DNA from: Chromatiaceae bacterium
Lineage (GTDB): Bacteria; Pseudomonadota; Gammaproteobacteria; DTRM01
Assembly: GCA_012965975.1 (NCBI GenBank)
Contig: DTRM01000123.1
Span: 1 to 50,013, forward strand
Direction of reading: 5' to 3'
DNA length: 50,013 nucleotides
Below, piece after piece: positions 1 through 9,045 of this stretch (its first letter is position 1; each line of letters opens with the position of its first letter). Under the pieces are notes generated by a model. That model was not told where the DNA came from. It saw only the letters and a program-made list of their open reading frames with translations, and ran no database searches. The translations under genes were made by a program, and so were the position numbers.

Positions 1-66
1 CGGGCATTCCACGGAATCACCGATGGTAAAATCACAAATGCGATTGATGAAGCTCGCGGCTTATAA
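1..66 (+). CDS. 3' end of an unidentified gene (partial, runs off the window)
   Basis: Frame 1 is open from the window edge and reads RAFHGITDGKITNAIDEARGL, then TAA at 64-66. It is too short to assign a family. Confidence 0.2.
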   Translation, partial: RAFHGITDGKITNAIDEARGL

Positions 67-379
67 AACGCTAACAAGTCAAGGCAGCACCGCCACCTCA
101 ACAATCTATTGTTAATAATGATTATCCCCCCATTGGTATATGGGTGCGAGTAATTACGAACATGCCAAAACCATCGAATCTAGCCTACATCTAGCTAATG
201 ATTTGTTCCTTTAATGCGAGTGCTGCCGTAATCCAAATAGATCCAGATACTGGTCTTGATTAAATTAATTATTCGGAACCGCTCGGCTGGTCTTTTATTA
301 ACAAGAATCAGAATATATTGTTTGCATTCAATCTGCGGATAATTAACCTAGGTGATGCAAATTCACCCCCAACCGTTGA

Positions 380-481
380 CGAGGCGTTCAGGGTTACCCC
401 GGTTCCATACTAGGTACTGTATCGCTCTTCGGTTCTGGCCTTCTTGGTCTTGTCGATATGGCTAAACGCAAGAAGACGTAG
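380..481 (+). pseudogene. PEP-CTERM-like sorting-signal remnant (C-terminal tail only; no start codon, stop immediately upstream)
   Basis: The translation is RGVQGYPGSILGTVSLFGSGLLGLVDMAKRKKT*. It shows a Gly/Leu-rich hydrophobic span followed by a basic RKKT tail, as in PEP-CTERM domains. An in-frame TGA sits at 377-379. The expected VP-P motif (TPVPY*) lies in a different frame just upstream. Confidence 0.35.
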
Positions 482-602
482 TCTCGTTAACAGAGTGCTC
501 GTGTGGGACGCTTAAACGTTAGGTGAAAAACGGAGGCGGCCGTGTAACCGACACCGTATCAGCACCACCTATATTCGCTACTTTATAGCGTATACTCTAA
601 CC

Positions 603-1103
603 ATGAAACTAAAAGACTTTATCAGCATCGGCGTTGTTGTCGCATTGGTTGCCACGGTCGCCTTGCTATGGCTATCGCCCGGAGGCATTAACCGCGCACC
701 GGATGTTGCGATGCAGTCCATCGATGGCCGCATGATTCAGATGAGTGACTATCAGGGCAAACCGGTGTTGGTCACCTTCTGGGCGACATCCTGTCCGGGT
801 TGCCTCAAGGAGATGCCGCACCTGATTGAGCTGCACCATGCCTATGGGCCGCGGGGCCTGAACGTTGTCGGGGTAGCAATGGCGTATGACCAACCGAGCA
901 TGGTGGTAAAACTGGTCAAACAAAAAAGTGTGCCCTACACCATCGTGCTGGACCTTGACTCCAAAATTGCGCAGGCCTTTGGTGATATTCGTTTGACCCC
1001 CACCAGTTTTTTGATCGCGCCGGATGGCCGTATTGTGCAACACAAGATTGGCGATCTTGATTTGACCAAGGTACGCCAGCATCTGGATGGTTGGCTTTCT
1101 TAG
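603..1103 (+). CDS. TlpA/ResA-like periplasmic thiol:disulfide oxidoreductase (thioredoxin fold)
   Basis: There is an N-terminal membrane anchor and the motif FWATSCPGCLKEMP (CxxC in a TlpA-type context). The length is 166 aa. Confidence 0.85.
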   Translation: MKLKDFISIGVVVALVATVALLWLSPGGINRAPDVAMQSIDGRMIQMSDYQGKPVLVTFWATSCPGCLKEMPHLIELHHAYGPRGLNVVGVAMAYDQPSMVVKLVKQKSVPYTIVLDLDSKIAQAFGDIRLTPTSFLIAPDGRIVQHKIGDLDLTKVRQHLDGWLS

Positions 1104-1121
1104 TGGATCTCATCACCCGCC

Positions 1122-1544
1122 ATGCTTTGGCCTAAGGCGCTGCACCTGATCTTTATGGTGACCTGGTTTGCCGGGTTGTTTTATTTGCCGCGTCTGTATG
1201 TCTACCACGCCCAGTGTGAGGATGAGATCAGCAACGAGCGTTTCAAGATCATGGAGCGCAAACTCTTCTTTGGCATCATGACCCCGGGGGCGATTCTGAC
1301 CTGTGGCATGGGTGGCTGGATGCTCTACGACTACGCTTGGGTAGCTTGGGGAGAACAGCTCTGGCTTCAGGCCAAGCTGGCGGTTATCGCGGCGACATTG
1401 GTCTATCACCTCTGGTGCGGCAAGCTTTTGCTTGAATTCCGCCGGGATGCCAACCAACACAGCCATGTGTATTTTCGCTGGTTTAATGAGATTCCTGTTA
1501 TTTTTCTTGTGGTTATCGTACTACTTGCGGTACTCCGACCCTGA
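1122..1544 (+). CDS. hemJ: protoporphyrinogen IX oxidase HemJ (UPF0093/CopD-like membrane protein)
   Basis: The N-terminus LHLIFMVTWFAGLFYLPRLYVYH is typical of HemJ. The protein is 140 aa with four hydrophobic segments. Confidence 0.8.
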   Translation: MLWPKALHLIFMVTWFAGLFYLPRLYVYHAQCEDEISNERFKIMERKLFFGIMTPGAILTCGMGGWMLYDYAWVAWGEQLWLQAKLAVIAATLVYHLWCGKLLLEFRRDANQHSHVYFRWFNEIPVIFLVVIVLLAVLRP

Positions 1545-1615
1545 GCCATGTTGCTGTAACCGCAGTTTTGGTCGATAATTGACCCATTAGGATTAACTTG
1601 TTCGGAAGAATCGAC

Positions 1616-1900
1616 ATGGGCAACACCGTTAACTGCGTAGTATTAAAGAAAGAAGCCGAGGCCATGGATTCAGCGCCGCATCCGGGTGAGTTGGGTCAGC
1701 GTATTCTTGAATCTGTGTCCAAAGAAGGCTGGACCCAGTGGCTTGAGCGACTCACCATGATCATCAATGAAAACAGCATCAGCACCGCAGATCCCAACAG
1801 CATGCCGGTAATTGAGCAGCATATGCTGGGGTTCTTCTTTCAGGAAGGCGCCATGGGTGAGTTGCCACAAGGCTTTCAGGCCGCCGCTGCGAAGAAATAA
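1616..1900 (+). CDS. yggX: Fe(2+)-trafficking / oxidative-damage protection protein YggX
   Basis: The sequence MGNTVNCVVLKKEAEAMDSAPHPGELGQRILESVSKEGWTQWLERLTMIINE aligns by eye with E. coli YggX (CTFLQREAEGQD..YPGELGKRIY..ISKEAWAQW...TMLINE). The start is placed at the second ATG of ORF 1598..1900. Confidence 0.85.
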   Translation: MGNTVNCVVLKKEAEAMDSAPHPGELGQRILESVSKEGWTQWLERLTMIINENSISTADPNSMPVIEQHMLGFFFQEGAMGELPQGFQAAAAKK

Positions 1901-1902
1901 CG

Positions 1903-3216
1903 CTACGAAATCGTCGCGCTCCATAACGGCGCGACAACCACCTTCAAACATCGATGTGCGTCACGTAAGGCTTGTTCTGCCTGCGCCGCCGTTGGCGCTT
2001 GGGCAAACATAAAACCAAGATAACTGTTTCCTTCCGGCAATGGCTTCAGCTCGTAACCTGATTGACGACTGATCTCGATATCTTCAATAAACTCTATCTT
2101 GACCGCATCCAATAGTCCTTCCACGCGGCGCAGCAGTCCGGCCTCTGCAATCGGCAGCATCATCACCGCGGCAGCTTTGTTCTCGTTGGACAACTGCAAG
2201 TCCTGACTCAACGCCTTGGCGATCACCATCGATTCAAGACTGCACCCGGTCGTCAACTCCACCAGGCGTGCGCACTGACCACCAATGGTTCTTGCGGCAA
2301 CTTCCAACACATAGATACCGTCCTCACATAATCGCAGCTCGGCATGTACCGGGCCTTCGACCAAGCCATAGGCTTCACAGGCATCGGCAACGGTTTGTCG
2401 TATGGCGAGTTGAATGGTTTGGCTTTGCGTCGAAGGGGTAGAGTAAATCGTTTCTTCGAAATACGGCCCTTCCAGTGCATCGGGTTTGTCGAATAGCACT
2501 AGGGTTTGTAAGCGACCGTGATCCAGCATGCCTTCGAAGGCGACCTCTACGCCATCCAGATAACGCTCAATCAACACGTGGCTGCGCTCAAAGACATCGT
2601 CCAATTCCGCGACAATCACCGTGATGCGTTCAATCGCGGTCACCAACTCATCCACGGTGTTGGCACGGATAACGCCACGACTGCCTGACATCGACACGGG
2701 CTTAACGACCACGGGATAGGTGAAATTATCGAGTTGCGGCTGGATCGGTGAAAACAGATCGACAAGCCAATGATCCGGCACGCGCACATCGGCCTCACGC
2801 AGTCGCGCACGTGCCAAATCTTTGCGTCGAGCATAGCGTGCCGCGTCGAGGGCATTGTGCTTTAGCCCCAAAAACTCAGCAACGTGTTGCGCCAACTCAA
2901 CGACCGCATCGTCGGTCGCCACCACACCATTGAACGGGTGCGTGTGAGCCGCTGTCAGGATTTTTTCGTAGGCTTCGGCAGGGTTGGAAAAGTCGACTTG
3001 GATACCTTCGGCGATACTCGCGACCAGCGAGTACTTACCTTCGGATACGACCATGATATCGACACCCATCGCTTGGGCAGTATTGATATAAGCACCAATG
3101 CGATAGCTTGTGTGCGGGGCAACCAACAACAATCGCGGCCGAACTTCTACCGCGGGGTCAGGGCTGCTGCCATGGGGAACATTCATTACAAGTTTCATCG
3201 GAAAGCTGATCCTCAT
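1903..3216 (-). CDS. ATP-grasp domain protein (carboxylate-amine / L-amino-acid-ligase-like)
   Basis: This is a 437 aa ORF. It has a pre-ATP-grasp N-domain (RLLLVAPHTSYRIGAYI), a central PVVVKPVSMSGSRGV segment, then IERYLDG and HAELRL..DGIYVLEVAART motifs typical of the ATP-grasp fold. The start is uncertain (ATGs at 3216, 3198 and 3186). Confidence 0.75.
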   Translation of the reverse strand: MRISFPMKLVMNVPHGSSPDPAVEVRPRLLLVAPHTSYRIGAYINTAQAMGVDIMVVSEGKYSLVASIAEGIQVDFSNPAEAYEKILTAAHTHPFNGVVATDDAVVELAQHVAEFLGLKHNALDAARYARRKDLARARLREADVRVPDHWLVDLFSPIQPQLDNFTYPVVVKPVSMSGSRGVIRANTVDELVTAIERITVIVAELDDVFERSHVLIERYLDGVEVAFEGMLDHGRLQTLVLFDKPDALEGPYFEETIYSTPSTQSQTIQLAIRQTVADACEAYGLVEGPVHAELRLCEDGIYVLEVAARTIGGQCARLVELTTGCSLESMVIAKALSQDLQLSNENKAAAVMMLPIAEAGLLRRVEGLLDAVKIEFIEDIEISRQSGYELKPLPEGNSYLGFMFAQAPTAAQAEQALRDAHRCLKVVVAPLWSATIS

Positions 3217-3309
3217 TGCTCGTCATACAGACGAACACAACATCAGCCCGAATCTATCTGGAACTCAAGCCGCCCACAAAAATCGTGCGCAGACTAAAGC
3301 GGTATTCGA

Positions 3310-3708
3310 CTAGCCGCAACCGCCGCCAGACGAACCACCACAGGCAGAACAACCGCCAGAACCGCCCACGGCCTTGAACACATTATTGAATACAAAGCTG
3401 GCGCCACCGGTTGGACGATCGACAAAATCGATTTCTACGCCACGAAGATAATTCAGGGCAACGGCATCGACATACACATCAAAACCATCACAGCTCAACA
3501 CGGCATCGTGTTCGGACTTGGTGTCGGTAAAGGTCATGCTATAGGTCATTCCGTCACAACCACCGCCCGCAACGAAAATGCGGATCGCCGCAACGTCGTC
3601 CTCGATGTCTTTGAATAACTCCACCATCTTTTCCGCCGCCGCCGGGGTCAGATTGACGTCCTCGGGGGTTAAGTCGGTGTTGTATGCCTCTTGCAGTACT
3701 GCAGCCAT
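3310..3708 (-). CDS. HesB/IscA/ErpA-family iron-sulfur cluster insertion protein with an atypical Gly/Ser/Cys-rich C-terminus
   Basis: LTPAAAEKMVEL...IRIFVAGGGCDGMTYSMTF...VDAVALNYLRGVEIDF matches the ErpA/IscA core. The canonical C-terminal CGCG-SF is replaced by GGSGGCSACGGSSGGGCG. An AGGAG Shine-Dalgarno (SD) sequence lies upstream. Confidence 0.85.
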   Translation of the reverse strand: MAAVLQEAYNTDLTPEDVNLTPAAAEKMVELFKDIEDDVAAIRIFVAGGGCDGMTYSMTFTDTKSEHDAVLSCDGFDVYVDAVALNYLRGVEIDFVDRPTGGASFVFNNVFKAVGGSGGCSACGGSSGGGCG

Positions 3709-3933
3709 CTCGGTCTCCTAAAAATTCTTGCCGTACACAAAACTGTGACGCTATTCGTCTGTATACCGATGATTTTAGCACAGTTCAGCTTGGCTCGGTG
3801 TCCACGTTTGCCCTTGTCCCCCATACAAGCCGAAATGAGAATGCGATGTATTCACTTGAATATTATTCAATATTAGTAACTATTAATATAGAATAATATT
3901 ATTACCAGCTTGGTTATAACCATCTGTTTTTAA

Positions 3934-4281
3934 ATGAAAGTTTCAGGATATTTCCGCACTTCACGGAATCTCACCAGCCTCTCGATACCGGTGGTCACGG
4001 GTGTGTATACCTTGTTCCTGAGCCTTATGTTGCTTGCTGATCTGACAACACTTTCTACCACTGAAGTTCCCGTTATTCAGGGCATATTGATCCCGTGGGA
4101 GCCAGAGCCGAAGCCAAAACTGCCGCTCGCGCCGGCGCGGCAACAACACCATTGCCTATCGTTATCTGCAACGTATTCAGCATTCGCACCGGTTGTCACC
4201 GTGGGGGTAACGTACTCGATAAAATCGAGTCGTTATCAACTAAAGCCCGATACGCTGGTGTTCACCAAGATCGACTTCTGA
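3934..4281 (+). CDS. hypothetical protein (orphan ORF, weak support)
   Basis: This 115 aa ORF is the only long ORF in the 3709-4354 gap. It has one hydrophobic segment, a PEPKPKLPLAP stretch and a C-terminal ...FTKIDF. There is no SD and no recognisable family. Confidence 0.25.
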   Translation: MKVSGYFRTSRNLTSLSIPVVTGVYTLFLSLMLLADLTTLSTTEVPVIQGILIPWEPEPKPKLPLAPARQQHHCLSLSATYSAFAPVVTVGVTYSIKSSRYQLKPDTLVFTKIDF

Positions 4282-4354
4282 TTTCGTCAGTCACCCAACA
4301 AGAAAAAGGCCTGTACGAATCACGCTCGCACCGGCCTTTTTCCGTCAGGGTTGG

Positions 4355-4870
4355 TTAAATCGCTATCTGATGCCGCGTTTGCAAATCGTAGATATGGCGC
4401 TCGGCATCCAGAAGATGCTGCCCCCAATGCAGGTGATAACCCAGCAACCAGTCGCCAATGGTAACGGCGTCATTCTCATTGGAGCCATCCATCTGGTCGA
4501 GGCCGTGATGCAGCTCAAAGTAGATATCGGTTAAATCATCGGCGAGGCTGCCGCTCATTTCCTGGCGCCCGTCTTCCACATCAAACTCGAGCCAGTAGCT
4601 GTCGCGCTCACCCAACAGCACCCGCAGGCGTGAAAATAGCTCAAACTGGTCTTCCAGATTAGGTAATTCGAGGTGCGCCGGTGACTTCGGCGGTCGGCCC
4701 AACGCAACCACCGCGGCGTGCAGTCGCGGCAGCAGGCGAGACAGCGGATTGAGCCAAGTATCACCCAATTCCAGGGTCACGCTGTCGATCAGCTCGCAGT
4801 ATTCGCGCGCGACCCAGACCATATTGGACTGCGCGGTGGGGGGGTCAAATATCGTCTGCCTTGAATACAT
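4355..4870 (-). CDS. DUF5063-family protein
   Basis: The motifs REYCELI, LLPRLHAAVVAL, D.YWLEFDV..., GSLADDLTDIYFEL..GL and HWGQHLLDAERHIYDL resemble DUF5063 as I remember it. Confidence 0.6.
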   Translation of the reverse strand: MYSRQTIFDPPTAQSNMVWVAREYCELIDSVTLELGDTWLNPLSRLLPRLHAAVVALGRPPKSPAHLELPNLEDQFELFSRLRVLLGERDSYWLEFDVEDGRQEMSGSLADDLTDIYFELHHGLDQMDGSNENDAVTIGDWLLGYHLHWGQHLLDAERHIYDLQTRHQIAI

Positions 4871-5007
4871 GGTTTCGCCTCCAACCCAAGTGTAGACCAG
4901 TTTTCAGGAGACGGCGTGGATTCACTCAAATGAAAATAAAAACATTATATTTCAGGTTGTTACAAATATTCCGAGGCAATTATTTCCACCTTGACAGAAT
5001 CAAAACA

Positions 5008-5196
5008 TTAGATCTCAATCAACTCGAAATCAGCTTTGATCGCGTCGCAATCGGGACATTTCCAGTCATCTGGAATGTCCTCCCAACGGGTTCCCGGGGC
5101 GATATTCGACTCGGGCAAGCCCTCGGCTTCGTCGTAGACAAAGCCACACAACACACACAGGTAGGCCTTGTACTCGGCTGTCTCCTGAGCTTTCAT
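5008..5196 (-). CDS. rubredoxin
   Basis: [44 protein letters not shown] carries both CxxC knuckles and the conserved aromatic residues of rubredoxin. Confidence 0.9.
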   Translation of the reverse strand: MKAQETAEYKAYLCVLCGFVYDEAEGLPESNIAPGTRWEDIPDDWKCPDCDAIKADFELIEI

Positions 5197-5240
5197 ATCA
5201 CGTCCTATTTACTTCAACTAGTGTACTGTAACCGACAATT

Positions 5241-6056
5241 ATGACAGATACTCAAGCCGTACCCATAGTCCTCGTCATCGCTGGCCTCGACCCCAGTGGT
5301 GGCGCCGGCCTGCAGGCCGACATCCAGACCCTGTCCGACCTCGGTTGCCACGCGCTGCCCGTCGCGTCTGCGATCACCGTACAGGACACCTCGGACGTGA
5401 AAGCCGTGGAACCGGTTGCGTCGTCGCTGTTACTGCAACAGGCGCAGACGGTACTGGATGACTGTGCGGTTGTGGCGATAAAAATCGGTCTGCTGGCGAG
5501 TGCCGACAACGTCCTCGCCGTCGCCGAACTGTTGCGACGCTATCCGGATGTTCCGGTTGTCGTTGACCCGGTTCTGGCCAGTGGATCGGGCACCTCGCTT
5601 GGCAACGCTCAACTGGTTGGCGCACTGCGTGAACAACTACTCCCACTCACCACGGTGCTGACACCGAATACGCTGGAAGCCAGAACCTTGGCCATGCAGA
5701 GCGGTGATGAGGTCTCCGATAACTCGCCGGGGGCTTGGGCAAAAATACTCTTGCAGACGGGTTGCGATCACGTGCTGATCACCGGAACCCATGCGCCGCA
5801 CGACGACGTGGTTAACCGTTGTTATCACGGCGATAAAACCCAACATCAGACCTGGCCGCGATTGGAGGGTGACTACCACGGTTCCGGTTGCACGCTGGCC
5901 AGTGCCATCGCCGCCTACATCGCCAAAGGGCAAGATATCGCCGGCAGCATTAATCAAGCACAAGCCTATACCTGGAACAGTCTTGAGAGGGCTTACCCGA
6001 TCGGTCGTGGGCAACACATTCCGAATCGTTTGGTTGACCCCGCGTCGTCCGCATGA
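5241..6056 (+). CDS. thiD: hydroxymethylpyrimidine / phosphomethylpyrimidine kinase
   Basis: VLVIAGLDPSGGAGLQADIQT...AIKIGLL...VVVDPV...TPN..EA...HGSGCTLASAIAAY are typical ThiD motifs. The ORF overlaps thiE by 4 nt. Confidence 0.9.
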   Translation: MTDTQAVPIVLVIAGLDPSGGAGLQADIQTLSDLGCHALPVASAITVQDTSDVKAVEPVASSLLLQQAQTVLDDCAVVAIKIGLLASADNVLAVAELLRRYPDVPVVVDPVLASGSGTSLGNAQLVGALREQLLPLTTVLTPNTLEARTLAMQSGDEVSDNSPGAWAKILLQTGCDHVLITGTHAPHDDVVNRCYHGDKTQHQTWPRLEGDYHGSGCTLASAIAAYIAKGQDIAGSINQAQAYTWNSLERAYPIGRGQHIPNRLVDPASSA

Positions 6057-6679
6057 GTGCGGCGACGGATTCACTGCATGGCGTTTATGCGATCACACCC
6101 GACGCCAACGACTTCGCCACCACGCTGTCGATGACCGCCCGACTGATTCAAGCCGGCGTTGGGGTTGTCCAATATCGCAACAAACATTCCAGCGCTCCTG
6201 CGCGACGACGCCAGGCCGCCCAGCTGCGCGACCTTTGTCGGGAAACCCAAACCTTCCTGTTGATCAATGATGATGTCGATCTGGCGCTGGCGGTCGAGGC
6301 GGACGGCGTCCATCTCGGCCAACAAGACACACCGGTCGCACAGGCCAGAGATCGATTGGGTGACGAGGCGATCGTTGGCGTGACCTGTCACAATTCCCCC
6401 GAACTTGCCCAAACCGCGGCGTTGGCCGGTGCAAGCTATGTCGCGTTTGGGCGTTTTTTTTCATCCTCCACCAAACCCGATGCCGGGCTGGCCGACATCG
6501 AGGTTATTACTCGGGCAGGACAGGTCGTTGGTTTACCGAAAGTGGCGATTGGCGGGATACATCGCGGCAACGCGAATGGCATCGTGGAAGCCGGCGCTGA
6601 GATGATCGCGTTGTGCGAGGCTTTGTACGGTAGCTCGGAACCCGAGCAACTGGTGTTACACCTGAAGGGCTTGTTCTAA
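6053..6679 (+). CDS. thiE: thiamine-phosphate synthase
   Basis: LHGVYAITPD, VQYRNK, LLINDDVDLALAVEADGVHLGQ.D, GVTCHN and VAIGGI match the ThiE pattern. The protein is 208 aa. Confidence 0.9.
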   Translation: MSAATDSLHGVYAITPDANDFATTLSMTARLIQAGVGVVQYRNKHSSAPARRRQAAQLRDLCRETQTFLLINDDVDLALAVEADGVHLGQQDTPVAQARDRLGDEAIVGVTCHNSPELAQTAALAGASYVAFGRFFSSSTKPDAGLADIEVITRAGQVVGLPKVAIGGIHRGNANGIVEAGAEMIALCEALYGSSEPEQLVLHLKGLF

Positions 6680-7647
6680 CTCGAAATCTGACTAGCGAAG
6701 CTGTCCATCTCACCCGCATTCTCTTCAATCACCTGCATGACGGAATCCAGAATCGTCGCATCAAGACCCAACTCATCAAGGATATCCAGGGGTAGCCCAG
6801 GGTCATGCACATCACCAAAGCCCTGACCGGCCAACAACGAGTCGGCTATTGAAACCAGACGCACCAGATTCTGGTGCTCACCGCGATAGTAGGGGTTGTG
6901 ATGTTCGACCAACACAACAGATACCGCCTCTGGCAGCTCCCAGGCCTCTGCCAATGCACAACCCAGTTCGCAGTGATCAACGCCAAAGGCAAAGCGCTCA
7001 AGGCGCACCACCGGAGTATCTGGGTTGGCGATAATCAGGCGGTTCAAGTAACGAAATTCCTGCGGAAAAAGATGACCCAACAACAAGAACCCGACGTTAT
7101 GCAGCAGCCCGGTCAAGTAAGCCAGGCCTTGTGGTGCCCTCTCGACTGGATCAAGTTTCTGTTCCAGCTTTCCAACCAACGACGCGGTATAGATTGCGTG
7201 ACGCCAATAGTTACGCAATCCACAAGGCCCATCGACGGGCACGTTAAGCGATTCGAGTGCAACCAGCCCCAACGCGATATTTAGAACCCTATCGAAACCG
7301 AGGACCCGTACCACGGCATCTTCGACCGAATTGATCTCGCCGCGATAGCCATATAACGGTGATCGCGCCCATCGCATCATTTGCGCCGCCAGCGAGGGGT
7401 CACGCTCAACCAACAACGCAAGGTCGTGCGCGGTTGCCGACTCGTCCGCCGACAACTCCAACAGGCGTCGCCCCGTATCCGGCAACATCGGTAGACTATC
7501 CAAGTCGCGTACCCGACGGCGCATATCCATCGGCGGTGTAAACGAACCATTAGAGTGGCTGATGTTGCGCAGCAGGGTCCCTGCCATCTGTTCACTGAGA
7601 CCAGAAAAAAGGCTTTGGGTCGTTGCCGTAGAGGTTGCCATTACCAC
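6676..7647 (-). CDS. HDOD domain signalling protein
   Basis: LPMLPDTGRRLLEL...DLALLVERDPSLAAQMMRWARSPLYG......LGF..V.NIALGL and later HNVGFLLLGHLFP, HCELG resemble the HDOD (HD-related output domain) layout. It lies 15 nt downstream of the sigma-54 activator on the same strand. Confidence 0.8.
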   Translation of the reverse strand: MVMATSTATTQSLFSGLSEQMAGTLLRNISHSNGSFTPPMDMRRRVRDLDSLPMLPDTGRRLLELSADESATAHDLALLVERDPSLAAQMMRWARSPLYGYRGEINSVEDAVVRVLGFDRVLNIALGLVALESLNVPVDGPCGLRNYWRHAIYTASLVGKLEQKLDPVERAPQGLAYLTGLLHNVGFLLLGHLFPQEFRYLNRLIIANPDTPVVRLERFAFGVDHCELGCALAEAWELPEAVSVVLVEHHNPYYRGEHQNLVRLVSIADSLLAGQGFGDVHDPGLPLDILDELGLDATILDSVMQVIEENAGEMDSFASQISS

Positions 7648-7662
7648 GTTCCGCCTTGATCC

Positions 7663-9006
7663 CTAATTGAGTCCGTATCGTTTTAATTTGCGATACAGGG
7701 TGCGTTCACTGATACCCATCTTCTCGGCCACTTCTGCCCGACTGCCGTTATGCTTGGCTAACAGACCGGCCACATAGTCTGACTCCAGCGCTTCCAGTGC
7801 GGGGCGATCCTCATCCGCATAGCCCGTTGCCTGTTCCATCAGTTCTGCCTCGCACACCGAATCAATCAAGCCATGCTGAGCGGTGGGTCCAATTTGGATA
7901 TCACAGGCGTCTATTCGATCGCCATCACACAATGCCGCCGCCAGCTGCAAAATATTTTTTAACTCTCGAACATTGCCGGGGAATGGATGCATCGCCAGCC
8001 GCTGAAGGGCTTGGGGTGTGATCGAGTACTCCAGACCCGCGGTTCGATTAATTGATTTAAGCAACGTTGCCGCCAATATCAGAAGATCGCCGTCGCGGTC
8101 ACGCAGAGGGGGAAGCGTGAGGGTGAACACGGCGACGCGATAAAATAGATCCTGTCGAAAATCGCCTTTGCTGACACACCCCGATAAAGACCGATTGGTT
8201 GCCGATACCAAACGCACATCGGAACGTTGTGTCTTGTTGGATCCGACACGACGAAATGTTCCTGATTCCAGCGCCCGCAATAGTTTGGACTGCATCGCCA
8301 GAGGCATTTCTCCCAACTCATCCATAAACAGGGTGCCACCATCCGCGATCTCAAACAGACCCTTGCGCGTACCAACTGAGCCGGTAAACGCACCCCGTTC
8401 GTGGCCAAATAATTCGCTTTCAAACAGGTCTTCATTGAGCACGGTGCAGTCCACGGTCACAAATGGGCCGGCTCGACGACTCGAATGGGCGTGCACGAAG
8501 GCCGCAGCCAACTCCTTGCCGGTGCCTGTCTCTCCCTCGATCAAGATGGGGGTTTCGCTACCCGCCACTTTCTGTAGTTGCGACACCGCCTTGGCGAACA
8601 ACGGAGACTTGCCAACCATCTTGACGGAATCGGTATGCCCCGTCTCTGCAGACAGCGGCAACATAATCTCACCGAGAAACAGTTGTCCGTTCAGATCGGT
8701 TAACGGATAAGCCCGCACCCGCACCGTCATCTCATCGCCGTGCGCATCACGTTGTACAAACAGGCGCGATGCGGGTGTCAGATGCCGCATCACCTCAGCC
8801 TGAAAGCTGCGCCGGAGTTCGGCCGCCTCGACGTCATCAGCAAAATACAACGGTGCAAATAGCTGCCCAATCACGTCGTCTGCGCGGTAACCAAAACAAC
8901 CTTCCCAGGCGCGATTCACCGCGACCAGCTGGCCTTCTTGGTCAAGCACCGCGAACGGCTGCTCATGGGTATCGATCAGTGACTGTAGTGTTACATCCTG
9001 CTGCAT
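7663..9006 (-). CDS. sigma-54-dependent transcriptional activator (PAS sensor - AAA+ - Fis-type HTH; no receiver domain)
   Basis: An N-terminal PAS-like region (FAVLDQEGQLVAVNRAWEGCFGY) is followed by Walker A GETGTGKE. The GAFTGS loop, ELFGHERGAFTG, FMDELGEMP and RVGS motifs are present. The C-terminus NGSRAEVAEKMGISERTLYRKLKRYGL is a Fis-type HTH. Confidence 0.9.
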   Translation of the reverse strand: MQQDVTLQSLIDTHEQPFAVLDQEGQLVAVNRAWEGCFGYRADDVIGQLFAPLYFADDVEAAELRRSFQAEVMRHLTPASRLFVQRDAHGDEMTVRVRAYPLTDLNGQLFLGEIMLPLSAETGHTDSVKMVGKSPLFAKAVSQLQKVAGSETPILIEGETGTGKELAAAFVHAHSSRRAGPFVTVDCTVLNEDLFESELFGHERGAFTGSVGTRKGLFEIADGGTLFMDELGEMPLAMQSKLLRALESGTFRRVGSNKTQRSDVRLVSATNRSLSGCVSKGDFRQDLFYRVAVFTLTLPPLRDRDGDLLILAATLLKSINRTAGLEYSITPQALQRLAMHPFPGNVRELKNILQLAAALCDGDRIDACDIQIGPTAQHGLIDSVCEAELMEQATGYADEDRPALEALESDYVAGLLAKHNGSRAEVAEKMGISERTLYRKLKRYGLN

Positions 9007-9045
9007 AGGCTAAATAAAAATACTCTTCCCCGTTCACCCTGTTTT

